Source of the DNA: Longimicrobiales bacterium
GTDB lineage: Bacteria > Gemmatimonadota > Gemmatimonadetes > Longimicrobiales > Gaopeijiaceae
Direction of reading: 5' to 3'
Length of the DNA: 64,000 bases
Assembly: GCA_965219445.1 (NCBI GenBank)
Contig: CBDCNQ010000005.1
Coordinates: 1,056,001-1,120,000 of the forward strand
Under the pieces are notes generated by a model that did no database searches, had not been told where the DNA came from, and saw nothing but the letters and a program-made list of their open reading frames with translations. The position numbers and the translations under genes were made by a program. Below, piece by piece: positions 21,538-31,088 of the stretch. How positions within the stretch are numbered: position 1 is the stretch's first letter; each line of letters opens with the position of its first letter.

Positions 21538-22181
21538 TCTGAGACGGAAATCATCTGACAGTTCGCCATGAGAGAGGACAGGGGCCATCGACAAACTGCC
21601 CTCCCGCAAGGTTCGCTCCTTCGCCGCCTCCGGGAACCTCCGCTACGGTCCACTGGATTCCCGTTCAGAAAGAGGGGTGTAATGAGGGGATAGTAGCCAG
21701 GCTATAAGCTCTATCTCTATTATTAACAATGCTTTATAATTATATCGGCACGGCTGATGGACGATTGGGCGGCCTATCTCGCGGGCGAAAGATAGACCTT
21801 GGCCCGCTGCTCCGGGCGGTGCCCGGAGAGGCGTTTCGGAGGCGTCCGCAGAGCTGGCTGAGAACACCTTACGGTGCCTAAGCCAGCCTACCCTTTGTGG
21901 GAACAAAGGGGCTGACGAGGGGCTCCGCCCCCTCGACCCCGAAGAGGTCCCGCGCCGATGCGCGCAAGATCGCGGGCGACGGGTTCGCCGCGATGGCTAA
22001 TCGCCGCTTCGCCGACCGCCGCCGGACAGCCATGGGCGCGAACGGGGACGAGGTTCCGGAGGCGGCCCCCGCCCTCCGCCGCGCCGACACCGGCGCGGAA
22101 ACCAGGGGGTCCAAGGGGGGCGGAGCCTCCCCTTGCCAGACCGCGACGTTAAACGTTGCGTGGGCTGGCTTACGCACCCTA

Positions 22182-23405
22182 CTAAGGGCGTGAGACAGCC
22201 CCCGGCGCGGAGGATCCCGGGTCGTCGGAATCGCTGGCCAATCGCTGCGTGACGTAGTCGCACCACGCCTGAAGGACTTCGGCGCGGCGCTCCAGCAGGT
22301 CGGATCGCTGATACGCCTGAACGACCTTGCTGCGCGGGACGTGGGCGAGGCAGGCTTCCGCGACCTCCGCCGGAACCCCGGACTCGGCCATCCACGACCG
22401 CGCGCTCGACCGGAACCCGTGCGGCGTCGAGGCCACACGGGCGCGGTGAAGCACCCGCCCCGGAGCGTTCACGACCAACGGCCCGCCCGACCTCGACGGG
22501 AACACCAGCGGCGACTCACCGGACAGCGCCCGCGCCCGTTCGAGCACATCGAGCGCGCCCGTGCTGAGCGGCACGGCGAACTCGCGGCCCGCCTTCATCC
22601 TCGAAGCGGGGATCGTCCACTTCGCCGCCTCCAGGTCGATCTCGTCCCAGCGCGCCCCGCGCGCCTCTCCACCCCGAACGGCGGTCAGCACGATCAGTTC
22701 CACACACAACGCAGCCGCCGAGGGCGCATCCCCCAACCGCCGGATCGCCCGGAGCGCCGCCCGGACCTCCTTGTCCGGAAGCGCGCGATAGTGCTCCGGC
22801 CCGGTGCCGTTCACCCTCGGCAGCGCCGCCACCGCCCGGTCCACCGGATTGTCCGGGCGGTAGTTCCGGCCGATGCACCAGCGAAAGACGGCGGAGATCC
22901 GGTGCCGGGCCTTCCGCCCGGCGGCGGGCTTCGAGTTCCAGATTGGTGTGAGGCAGCGGAGTACGTCCGCGCTCGTGATCCGGTCCGCAGGCTTGTCCAG
23001 CAGCGGGGCGGCATGCAGACGAAACGTCGACTCCCACTGCTCGGGAAGCGGGCTCCCAGCCTTCCACGCGTCGCGGTGAAGCTCGATGGTCCTTTCGGCG
23101 GCATCGGCGAACGTCGGGACGCCGCGTCCTCCGCGCGGGTCTTGGCCCAAGCGGACGCCCCGGCTGTTGTCCAGCACCTTCTGCCGGGCCTCGGCGAGCG
23201 TCACCTCGGGATACGGCCCGAGCCCGATCGAGGTGAGCCGTCCGTCGATCCTGACGCGTTGCCGCCACGTTTTCGTGATCCGGCCGCTAGCCGTCCGGTG
23301 GACCCGGAGACTCAGCCCCCGCCCGCCGCGTCCGTCGCCGTAGACTCCGGGTCGGCCGACCGTCCGAACGAACGCGGCGGTGAGTGTCCTCGGTCGCTTG
23401 GTCAT
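22182..23405 (-). CDS. P4-like tyrosine integrase with N-terminal arm-DNA-binding domain
   Basis: YGDGRGGRGLSLRV, LGPYPEVTLAEAR; catalytic R (TAVRGGE), HGFR, LAH, AYQR. Confidence 0.95.
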   Translation of the reverse strand: MTKRPRTLTAAFVRTVGRPGVYGDGRGGRGLSLRVHRTASGRITKTWRQRVRIDGRLTSIGLGPYPEVTLAEARQKVLDNSRGVRLGQDPRGGRGVPTFADAAERTIELHRDAWKAGSPLPEQWESTFRLHAAPLLDKPADRITSADVLRCLTPIWNSKPAAGRKARHRISAVFRWCIGRNYRPDNPVDRAVAALPRVNGTGPEHYRALPDKEVRAALRAIRRLGDAPSAAALCVELIVLTAVRGGEARGARWDEIDLEAAKWTIPASRMKAGREFAVPLSTGALDVLERARALSGESPLVFPSRSGGPLVVNAPGRVLHRARVASTPHGFRSSARSWMAESGVPAEVAEACLAHVPRSKVVQAYQRSDLLERRAEVLQAWCDYVTQRLASDSDDPGSSAPGAVSRP

Positions 23406-23583
23406 GGGCTTCCTTCTTTGGTGGTGTATCACTTTGTGCCGCACTACAGAAGGAAGAATACACCGGATGCCAATGGAACGCAAGAGACAGTTCTACCGGG
23501 TGCGTCACGCAAAAACCATTGCAATACAGGATGTTACGGGACTGCTAGTGGACTGTTGTGGACGGCCTCGGATGATGATGTCA

Positions 23584-23599
23584 GAGTTCAACTGAACTC
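23584..23599. other. Candidate att core, palindrome GAGTTCA-AC-TGAACTC
   Basis: Perfect 7-2-7 inverted repeat at the element/host junction; contains the pilN stop codon. Confidence 0.55.
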
Positions 23600-24196
23600 A
23601 TACACCAACTGGCCCGTTGTCTCGAGGACCTGCTCCGTCTGAACAAGCTGCACGCTCCGGATGAAAGGGGACTCCTGCAGCTGCCTCCAGAACGTCGTGA
23701 GAGCGAGGTTATTCCCCGCTCTCCCTCGAACCTGGAATTCGACCTCCTGCCCCACCGAGACCTGTATGACCTGAGTCAACCACGTGTAATCGGGGAGGGC
23801 CCTCGACAACTCATCTAGGAGATGAGGCCAAACGTACCGAAGGGCGTCGATCTCCTGGATGATCGCCACCTTCTGCGCAATCGAGTCTCGCCGAGCTTCC
23901 AAGGTCGCATTGCGCTGGATGAGATCTGCGTAGTTGGCCGAGTCCTGGAGCGCGTCGGCCAGCGCCACCTGGGCGTCGCCCTGCCTGGACGAGAGTCCCA
24001 TATACCACCACCCAAGCGTGAGAAGGACCCCGAGCCCCACGACGGCCGCCGCGATGGTGTAGGAATCCGCGAGAAGGCTCCCCAGATCTGGCATCGACAG
24101 TTTTCCTAAGGCGGCACCGATGCCACCGCCACCACCGCCGCCACCCTTCGAGGGCCGCCTTTTCTTCCCGCCAGGCAGAAGATTGACTTCAATCAC
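23588..24196 (-). CDS. pilN: Type IV pilus assembly protein PilN, probably 3'-truncated by the element
   Basis: MIEVNLLP start, one TM, coiled coil, WPHLLDELSRALPDYTWL; ends abruptly at VYEFS; pilO/P/Q do not follow. Confidence 0.85.
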   Translation of the reverse strand: MIEVNLLPGGKKRRPSKGGGGGGGGIGAALGKLSMPDLGSLLADSYTIAAAVVGLGVLLTLGWWYMGLSSRQGDAQVALADALQDSANYADLIQRNATLEARRDSIAQKVAIIQEIDALRYVWPHLLDELSRALPDYTWLTQVIQVSVGQEVEFQVRGRAGNNLALTTFWRQLQESPFIRSVQLVQTEQVLETTGQLVYEFS

Positions 24197-24217
24197 AGTA
24201 CCGTTCCTCGTCGTCGG

Positions 24218-25256
24218 CTAGACAGTCCGAAGGGCCAAACCGAGCGGAAGAAGGAGCATGGGCGCCGCTTCCTCCAGCACGACCGTCCCGGTGGCCCCAG
24301 GCTGGACCGGGACCTGTTCGAACGGGTTGACCATGTCCGTTTACAAGTTCGTACGATTCCCTAGAGCATCAGCCATGCCAGGAATGCGGGCGCCACCGCC
24401 ACTGAGGTAGATGCCCCCCAATCCTCCACCATCCTGACGGGTCATGAGGAAAGCCGACGCACGTTCGATGCCAACACCCACCTCATCGGCAGCGGAATCT
24501 ATGAGCGACGAGAGGTCGTCGAGCGTCTCCCGGCCCTGGACGACATCCTCAGCCTGCTCCGCCGTGAGCCCCCTCTCCCGCTGTAGGTCCTGACGCACCC
24601 TTCTCGACCCGAAGGGTATGTCACGCGTGAGAAGAGGGCTTCCGTCCTCGAGAATATTCACGTTTGTGGTCTCGTGCCCGATGTTGACCAGAGCCACGAT
24701 TCCCCTCATCGCCTCCGGATGGTTGTGGGCGAAAGCGTTGTGGAGTGCGAAGGCATCTACATCGATCGCAGCGGGAGAAAGCCCTGCGTCGAGTAGCAAG
24801 CTCACCTTGTGGTCCACAAGCTCCCGCTTGGCGGCCACAAGAAGAACCTGCATCTGCATGCCCTCCTCGAGGGGATCGAGAATTTGAAAATCCAACTCAA
24901 CGCTCTTGATGTCGAACGGAACGTGTTGCTCCGCTTCCCAGCGGATGACCTCGCGAGCGTCGGATTCCTTCATCCGGTCCATCTCGATCTTCTTGATGAT
25001 CACGTCGTGCCCTCCCACGGCCGTGACCACCGACTTTCCCTTCATCCCGATCTCTTGGAACACATCGCGAATGGTGTCGGAAACGAGGCCTGGGGTCCAT
25101 CACCTCGCCCTCCACGATTGCGTCGGCAACCAAAGGACGCATGGCGACCCCGCTGACCTCGGGCTGATCACCGGAATGATCGACGGCAACGACCTTCACA
25201 AAGCCGCTGCCGACGTCCAACCCTACCGACTCCTTACTGCGTCCGAAGAGGCCCAT
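24218..25256 (-). pseudogene. pilM: PilM with a +1 frameshift and an internal stop
   Basis: VGLDVGSG N-terminus. An extra base in the 4-nt run at 25092-25095 breaks DPGLVSDTIRDVFQE. An in-frame TAA at 24341-24343 is followed by the normal tail MVNPFEQV...LGLALRTV. Confidence 0.88.
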
Positions 25257-25498
25257 TCAACGCTCGTCTTATCGGGACAGGAACATATTTTTATTGGAAT
25301 CTTAAATCACGTTACCACTTAAATGTGAGCAGTGTCAAGACATTTTTGGGCACTACAAAAACGGATTATTGGTAAACATTTGAGTAGTGCCGCCCCTCGG
25401 CTTGCGGTGGTGATTTGCCGGAGATCAACGGGACTCGACGAGGATCCAGTCGGAAAAACAGTTCCGAACAGGAGTGCCTATGACCCGAGACGCAGACC

Positions 25499-26650
25499 TC
25501 AGTGTGAGTCCGGCCAGACCCCGTCTGGAATGGGGGCGAGCTCCCGGAGTTGCTCGGCAGCATCCAACGCGGACAGTGCCGCGCACGCCGAGCCGACGAT
25601 GCGTGAGCCGCCCCCGAGGAAGACCGCTCCTCGGACGCGGACGAGTCCGTGGATTTCCGACTCCGCGGTGATCTCGAGATCGCCGGCGACGACCACGACC
25701 CCGTAATAACGAGTGGCAGCCCGGAAGCTCGCATCCCCCGCGATCAGCAGGACGCCCTGACCCTGCCCTCCGTTCACAATCAACGAACCCTCGGATTTCA
25801 CCACTGGTCTATACGCAGCGCAGGGGTCCGAGGCATCCAGCGGAGCTCCCCAATTGGTCCGGGAAGGCACGGCACACCGGCCCAGCCGACGGATCGGCGC
25901 CGGCGTGACGGTTCCAGACACTTGGAGATCGGCACCGTCCATGAGTGCATCATGCCCCAGAAGACCCAAGGAGGGTAGACGTAGCTCCACCGCACCTGAT
26001 CCCGGCTTCCGTCCGAGGTCGGCCCGTGGGTCCTCGTGTAGTTCTCCCTGAGGGTAAAGCCCGTAGGTGAACGGGGTATCCGCGTCTGGACTGAAGGGAA
26101 TACAGGACGCTTCCAGCCACGGAACCGGGGTATCATGAATCAGGCTGGGATCCACCATACTGCCGGCCTCGACCCGTGCAGGCTCGCCACTTTCGAGGAT
26201 CCCACGGGCAGCCGAGTACCGCGCCAGGGGGTCCATCGCCCAGTAGAGGCCCACCTGCCGATCCCGGCCGGGGTCAGTGTCCAACCACCCCTCAGCAAGA
26301 ATCAAGAGCACCTCGCGCGACAACCGCACCACCCTTGCAGCATATCGCGCCCGAGGCGGAACAGCCGCCGACCCCATCGGTATCCACTCCCCCCACGGGA
26401 GGGAGTCCATGCCCGTCATCGCCCGCGATGTCAGCTTCCGGCCCGATTCAGCGGCGAGCCTCCTGGTGAGCAAATCCCATCTCGCCCGCGATACGAAGAA
26501 CTCGGATCGAGTCATCACGAGAAGCGTGTGCCCCAACCCCGTGCCCGCAAGCAGCAAGAGCAGAACCCCGATCAACACGTACCCTCTTCGCGTTGCCTCT
26601 CGAAGGCCGTTGAGGAGGTGCAGTGGGTCGTGTTCAGCAGCCTTCTGCAT
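25499..26650 (-). CDS. PilX-like minor pilin
   Basis: Prepilin-like RRG|YVLIGVLL lacking Glu5; C-terminal GQGVLLIAGD..YGVVVVAG repeats; last gene of the minor-pilin cluster. Confidence 0.65.
   Translation of the reverse strand: MQKAAEHDPLHLLNGLREATRRGYVLIGVLLLLLAGTGLGHTLLVMTRSEFFVSRARWDLLTRRLAAESGRKLTSRAMTGMDSLPWGEWIPMGSAAVPPRARYAARVVRLSREVLLILAEGWLDTDPGRDRQVGLYWAMDPLARYSAARGILESGEPARVEAGSMVDPSLIHDTPVPWLEASCIPFSPDADTPFTYGLYPQGELHEDPRADLGRKPGSGAVELRLPSLGLLGHDALMDGADLQVSGTVTPAPIRRLGRCAVPSRTNWGAPLDASDPCAAYRPVVKSEGSLIVNGGQGQGVLLIAGDASFRAATRYYGVVVVAGDLEITAESEIHGLVRVRGAVFLGGGSRIVGSACAALSALDAAEQLRELAPIPDGVWPDSH
26602..26645. mobile_element. 44-bp collapsed MITE remnant
   Basis: GAAGGCCGTTGAGGAGGTGCAGTGGG...TCAGCAGCCTTC; both termini match the MITE at 27372. 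Confidence 0.7.
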
Positions 26651-26665
26651 GGATCCGCCCTCGAA

Positions 26666-27454
26666 TCAACGGTGCTCAGGGGTCCAAAACTGGAGGGACG
26701 TCGAGCTGGTATCGGCTCCCTCACGTAATCCGTCGGCAACGAGCCGGAAGACGACCCGATCCACCCGGGCCTCCATGGTCGATCGATCGTCGTCGAACAC
26801 GTTCGGGGTCAGGGGCTGTCGGCCACCCAGTCCTCGGCGATAGCGCAGGGCTCCGCCGCCAATATGATAGCTCCCTCGTTCGAAGACCCTGACAACCAAC
26901 GCACCCGTAACAGGCGGTTCTACGGTCCACACCTCGGAGTCCCCTACCAGATCCATCGTACAGGACTGTGCCCCCGAGGCCCGACCTGTCAGATCCGCAC
27001 CGTGCCATCCATCGGATGGCAGGATCAGAACAGAGTCCTTTACCGGATTCGCCATCCGCTCGCCGTGGTAGGCCACGACGATCCTTCCGGGCTCGTTACC
27101 GAACCCGCACACCGGCCCCCATCCACGAAACGCCCGGAGTGAAAGACTGTCAGACGTCGGACCGATCCAGTCTCTCCCTCTCACTCCCGCCCGCAGTTCC
27201 TTCCCGATCACGATCGCCGCGAGTCGTCGAGCCGAAAGTAGATCCATTTCGGACCTCAGTCGGGACGCGATGCTTCGTTGACGGGCGAGAGAGTTCCAGC
27301 TCAACGAGATCACCGCGAGCCCCATCAGCAGGGACACGAGCACCTCCACGACCGTGACACCGCAGCGGTTAGAAGGCCGTTGAAGGAGTACAGTGGGCCG
27401 CGTTGCGGATGCCACGGCCTCAGCTCCTAGGCGGAGCGACGACGCCATAGCCAT
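26666..27454 (-). CDS. PilW-like minor pilin; native start (27602) separated by a MITE
   Basis: RCG|VTVVEVLVSLL class III signal; the remaining in-frame ATGs (27454, 27448) lie inside the MITE. Confidence 0.65.
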   Translation of the reverse strand: MAMASSLRLGAEAVASATRPTVLLQRPSNRCGVTVVEVLVSLLMGLAVISLSWNSLARQRSIASRLRSEMDLLSARRLAAIVIGKELRAGVRGRDWIGPTSDSLSLRAFRGWGPVCGFGNEPGRIVVAYHGERMANPVKDSVLILPSDGWHGADLTGRASGAQSCTMDLVGDSEVWTVEPPVTGALVVRVFERGSYHIGGGALRYRRGLGGRQPLTPNVFDDDRSTMEARVDRVVFRLVADGLREGADTSSTSLQFWTPEHR

Positions 27455-27594
27455 AGCTACGGTTAGGAGCTCCAACAACGGAGATGAGGCCGTGCCACCG
27501 CAACCCTTCAACGTGTGAGATCATGTCTTTCATGGTCGTGGGCACAGGGCGGTTGTGCGGTTGATCCTGCGTCTGTACTCCTTCAACGGCCTTC
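27372..27594. mobile_element. 223-bp MITE with perfect 22-bp terminal inverted repeats
   Basis: GAAGGCCGTTGAAGGAGTACAG at 27372-27393 and its reverse complement at 27573-27594. Confidence 0.88.
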
Positions 27595-27921
27595 CTGAAC
27601 ATTCGCCTGAGCTGTGCTCAGACCCACGGACCCACTGGCACCGGGGCCACCCTGAAAGGTGACCGTGACGAGCCCGTCCGCCTCACGCGTCCAACGGATC
27701 AACCCGTGTTGTGTATCGATCGAGCCGGGCCCACTCCAACCCGCAAATGACAGCGAGTCGGCCAGCCACTCTACAGCTCGAGACGCGGACTCCAGGGCGG
27801 CCGCGGCGAGGAGCGTTTTTTGGGCCTGGAGGGTCATCGCCAAAACGCCTAGAACGCCCACCTCGAAGACGACAAGGGCGACCAAGACCTCCACGAGACT
27901 GAACCCGCCTCGACTCCTCAC
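27583..27921 (-). CDS. PilV-like minor pilin
   Basis: RGG|FSLVEVLVALVV N-methylation signal; stop codon is now supplied by the MITE terminus. Confidence 0.75.
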   Translation of the reverse strand: MRSRGGFSLVEVLVALVVFEVGVLGVLAMTLQAQKTLLAAAALESASRAVEWLADSLSFAGWSGPGSIDTQHGLIRWTREADGLVTVTFQGGPGASGSVGLSTAQANVQEGR

Positions 27922-28346
27922 TCCCGCCGAATCCGTCCGTAGGCCGAGATGATCAACCGGGCAACCGCCGATCCGCGGGTGAACGTGACCGAGTGCGCGG
28001 CCATACTACCCAAACCCGACGCGTCGAAGCGGAGCTCGACCGACGGATGTCCACCGGAAAGCATCAGCTCTGTTCTCCAGGTCGCTCCTATGTACGCGTG
28101 GTGCAGCAGCTCTCCCCCCGTCTCGATTCTAATTTCGGCGGGATTGCTGACGACAATCAGATTCGAGCCCCCTCGCCGCAGCGCTTCGGCCCTAGCCCGC
28201 ATGATCAACCCGACGAGATCCTCCCGAGCGCCGATCACCGAAAGCCGCTCCTGGACGCGATGGCCTACCGGAAGGGACAACGTCGTTGCCAGAGCCAGGA
28301 GTGTCAGGACACCCGTAAGCTCGAGGAGAGTGAAGCCACGTCGCAT
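27918..28346 (-). CDS. FimT/GspH-like minor pilin
   Basis: RRG|FTLLEL; ARAEALRR; LRFDASG; ISAYGRIR. Confidence 0.75.
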   Translation of the reverse strand: MRRGFTLLELTGVLTLLALATTLSLPVGHRVQERLSVIGAREDLVGLIMRARAEALRRGGSNLIVVSNPAEIRIETGGELLHHAYIGATWRTELMLSGGHPSVELRFDASGLGSMAAHSVTFTRGSAVARLIISAYGRIRRE

Positions 28347-28425
28347 GGTCCGACGATACCCTCGCTCAAGGGGCGCGGGAATGCTGGGTCAGGCCAACAT
28401 TGCTGGAGCCCGACCTTCCGCCAAC

Positions 28426-29781
28426 TCAGTCCAGTCCGTAGTCCTGTATCTTGTAACGGAGAGCCCGCGGGGAGAGTTCGAGCAACGCCCCCGCCTTCGA
28501 CCGGTTCCCGCCCGTGCGCTCCAAGGCCCGTTGAATGAGCTGCCGTTCCAGCTGTGCGGACCGGCGTTTCACCGAAAGGTCGTCCGACTCGTAGATCGCC
28601 TCGACCGTCACACCCATGTGACCGAGTCGATCGGAAAGCGCCTCCTCAGCCAACTCCGTTCCTTCGGAGAGAACCGCGGCCTGTTCGAGCACATTCTCCA
28701 GCTCACGGATATTGCCCGGCCATGGATAGGCGAGCAAGAGCTTCATCGCAGCCGGCGAGACCGCGGCCACCTTCACGTTGAGCCGCTCCCTCAAGCGCTC
28801 CAATAAATGGTGTGTAAGGTCCGGGATCGCCTCTGTCCTCTCCCTCAGAGGCGGCAGATGAATGGGGATCACCGCCAACCTGTAGTAGAAGTCTTGGCGG
28901 AACTCACCAGACTGCACCGCCGCCCGCAAGTCGATGTTCGTAGCTGAAACGATCCGAACGTCTACCTGGGACGTGTCGGTACCTCCCAGACGCCTGATCT
29001 CACCCTCCTGCAACGCACATAGCAGCTTCACCTGAAGGGCGGTCGGCAACTCCCCGACCTCATCGAGGAACAGTGTCCCACCCTCCGCCGCTTCGAACAA
29101 CCCAGCGCGATCATTATCGGCACCCGTGAACGCTCCGCGCACGTATCCGAAGAACTCGGACTCAAGAAGCGTCTCCGGTATCGCACCACAGTTGACCGGA
29201 ACGAAAGATTCGTCGGCTCGATCGCTTTCGCGATGGATCAGCCGGGCCATTGACTCCTTGCCGGTACCGGACTCCCCGGTCAGCAAAACGGGGGACCGAT
29301 GGCGAGCGACCTTCGCCGCCGTCTCGAGAGCCCGAATCATGGTCGGCGAGCGGGCCACGATGTCCCCGAGTCGTCGTTCCGCGCTCACCTCGGCGCGAAG
29401 GGGCCCGACTTCAGTCCGAAGCTGCTCCCTCTCCTCGGCCTTTCGGATCGTAAGGAGAACCTCGTCCGCTCCGAACGGCTTGGGTAGGTAGTCGTAAGCT
29501 CCCGACTTCATCGCCTCGACCGCAAGCTCCATGTTTCCATAAGCGGTCATCACGATGACCAGCGCCTGACCCTCCGCCTCGCGAAACCGCTTGAGGAACT
29601 CCAAACCGTCCATCTGGGGCATGCGAACATCACAGAGGATGATCTGGGGGTTCTCATTCTCGGCTATGGCCAATCCTTCCTTGCCGTGAGCCGCGAGGAG
29701 TACGTCGTGTCCGCCCTCCTCCAGAATGAGTGTCAGAGATTTGCGAAGCCCCTGATCGTCGTCGATCACGAGGACCTTCAT
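28426..29781 (-). CDS. Sigma54-dependent response regulator (PilR-like, copy 1)
   Basis: Receiver domain, GESGTGKE, GAFTGA, FLDEVGE, WPGNIRELEN, Fis-type HTH. Confidence 0.92.
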   Translation of the reverse strand: MKVLVIDDDQGLRKSLTLILEEGGHDVLLAAHGKEGLAIAENENPQIILCDVRMPQMDGLEFLKRFREAEGQALVIVMTAYGNMELAVEAMKSGAYDYLPKPFGADEVLLTIRKAEEREQLRTEVGPLRAEVSAERRLGDIVARSPTMIRALETAAKVARHRSPVLLTGESGTGKESMARLIHRESDRADESFVPVNCGAIPETLLESEFFGYVRGAFTGADNDRAGLFEAAEGGTLFLDEVGELPTALQVKLLCALQEGEIRRLGGTDTSQVDVRIVSATNIDLRAAVQSGEFRQDFYYRLAVIPIHLPPLRERTEAIPDLTHHLLERLRERLNVKVAAVSPAAMKLLLAYPWPGNIRELENVLEQAAVLSEGTELAEEALSDRLGHMGVTVEAIYESDDLSVKRRSAQLERQLIQRALERTGGNRSKAGALLELSPRALRYKIQDYGLD

Positions 29782-31088
29782 TCGACCTCCTGTCTCTCTA
29801 TCGCATCAGAGTACCTGGCTCCAACAGCCCCGTACTCCTCTGAAGTGGATGCCACCGTGATCGCCTCCGGCAGCCGAACCTCGAAGCGCGCCCCACCCTC
29901 GGATGGGCTCTCCACATCGATACGCCCGCCCATCCCCGTCACGAGACGGGCAGAAATGAAAAGGCCCAAGCCGGTACCTTTCCCCGGTTCCTTCGTGGTG
30001 AAGAAGGGATCGAATACGTGGGTCTGGTCGGCAGAAGGTAGGCCCGGTCCGTTATCGGACACCGCGACCACGACGACCCTCTGTGCGGTCTCGATGGTGC
30101 CGAGTGCTTCCACGTCGAAGGCGCGTGCAACCCGGCGCCTGTGCATATAATTGACCCCGGGCGGATCATCCCCGCGTCTCCGGAGAGGGTTGGCGGCCGG
30201 GCCGGCTTCCGACCACAGAGCGACATCGACCTTGGAGACGTGCACATTTTCCACCGCATCCAACGCATTCAAGAGTAAGTTTACGAGCACCTGTTCCAGG
30301 TGCCGCGGGTCTACCAAAACAGGCGGGCACCCGTCTTCGAGCGTCCACGTGTGCTCTATCTGTCCGAGTCGACCCTGGTTTTCCAGAAGCTCGCGCACGC
30401 CCTCGACGACTTCATCGACCCGAACCGGAGCCACCTCGTCGGGCTGGGGCCGGGCGAAATCAAGAAGTCCTCGAACGATTCCATCGATGCGCTGTGCCTC
30501 GGAACGGATCGACTCCAGGAGCTCCGGATCTCCTTGATCCACCTCGACGCGTCGGAGGGCGACATCGGCATATCCGATGATTGCAGTCAGTGGGTTACCG
30601 ACCTCATGCGCGATGCCAGCCGCCAGAGTTCCCACCGACGCCAGCCTGGCAGCTTGGATGACCTCATTTCGAGCTTCGACGAGCGCCACGTTGGTTTCAT
30701 CGAGCGAGCGAACATTCTCGGCCAGGACCTGTTGGCCCGCGATGAGCCGGTCGGCCATCGCGTTCACGCTCTCCGTGATACTTCTGAGCTCGAGACCCTT
30801 GGGGATTTCGAGCCGGTGCCGATAGTCACCGTCGGCGATCTGCTTTACTCCGAGGACCAACTCGTCCACCGGCTCCAGCAAATTTTTCTTGAGGGCCCAG
30901 CCACCGAAGGTAAGAACGATAACGAGGTCCACTGCCACGATGATGAGAATGAAGACCGTCGCCTCGCCTGTGGAACGAAAAAAGGGAAGCACCAAGCTGA
31001 TGGCGATTCCCAGAAGGAGGGTGACCCCCCCGAACAAAATCCCCAGGGAGACAAGCAGCTCGCGACGAAGGGGTGTCGGGGAACTCAT
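29778..31088 (-). CDS. Sensor histidine kinase (HAMP-HisKA-HATPase)
   Basis: Two TM segments, AHEVGNPL, NLLLNA, DNGPG, FFTTK..GTGLGL. Confidence 0.92.
   Translation of the reverse strand: MSSPTPLRRELLVSLGILFGGVTLLLGIAISLVLPFFRSTGEATVFILIIVAVDLVIVLTFGGWALKKNLLEPVDELVLGVKQIADGDYRHRLEIPKGLELRSITESVNAMADRLIAGQQVLAENVRSLDETNVALVEARNEVIQAARLASVGTLAAGIAHEVGNPLTAIIGYADVALRRVEVDQGDPELLESIRSEAQRIDGIVRGLLDFARPQPDEVAPVRVDEVVEGVRELLENQGRLGQIEHTWTLEDGCPPVLVDPRHLEQVLVNLLLNALDAVENVHVSKVDVALWSEAGPAANPLRRRGDDPPGVNYMHRRRVARAFDVEALGTIETAQRVVVVAVSDNGPGLPSADQTHVFDPFFTTKEPGKGTGLGLFISARLVTGMGGRIDVESPSEGGARFEVRLPEAITVASTSEEYGAVGARYSDAIERQEVE

Larger units (their letters stand above)
1..23599. mobile_element. Integrative conjugative element (left end lies outside the window)
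   Basis: Co-oriented T4SS genes, coupling protein, ArdC, AlpA and a terminal tyrosine integrase. Sequence switches abruptly to host pilus genes at ~23,590. Confidence 0.85.

Noticed and set aside
23406..23600. tRNA or tmRNA at the integrase-proximal end
   Set aside because: No cloverleaf or CCA end; only a short GTTCAA T-loop-like resemblance.
25085..25100. Programmed frameshift or phase-variable tract in pilM
   Set aside because: The run is only 4 nt and a separate nonsense codon lies downstream, so slippage alone would not restore the gene.
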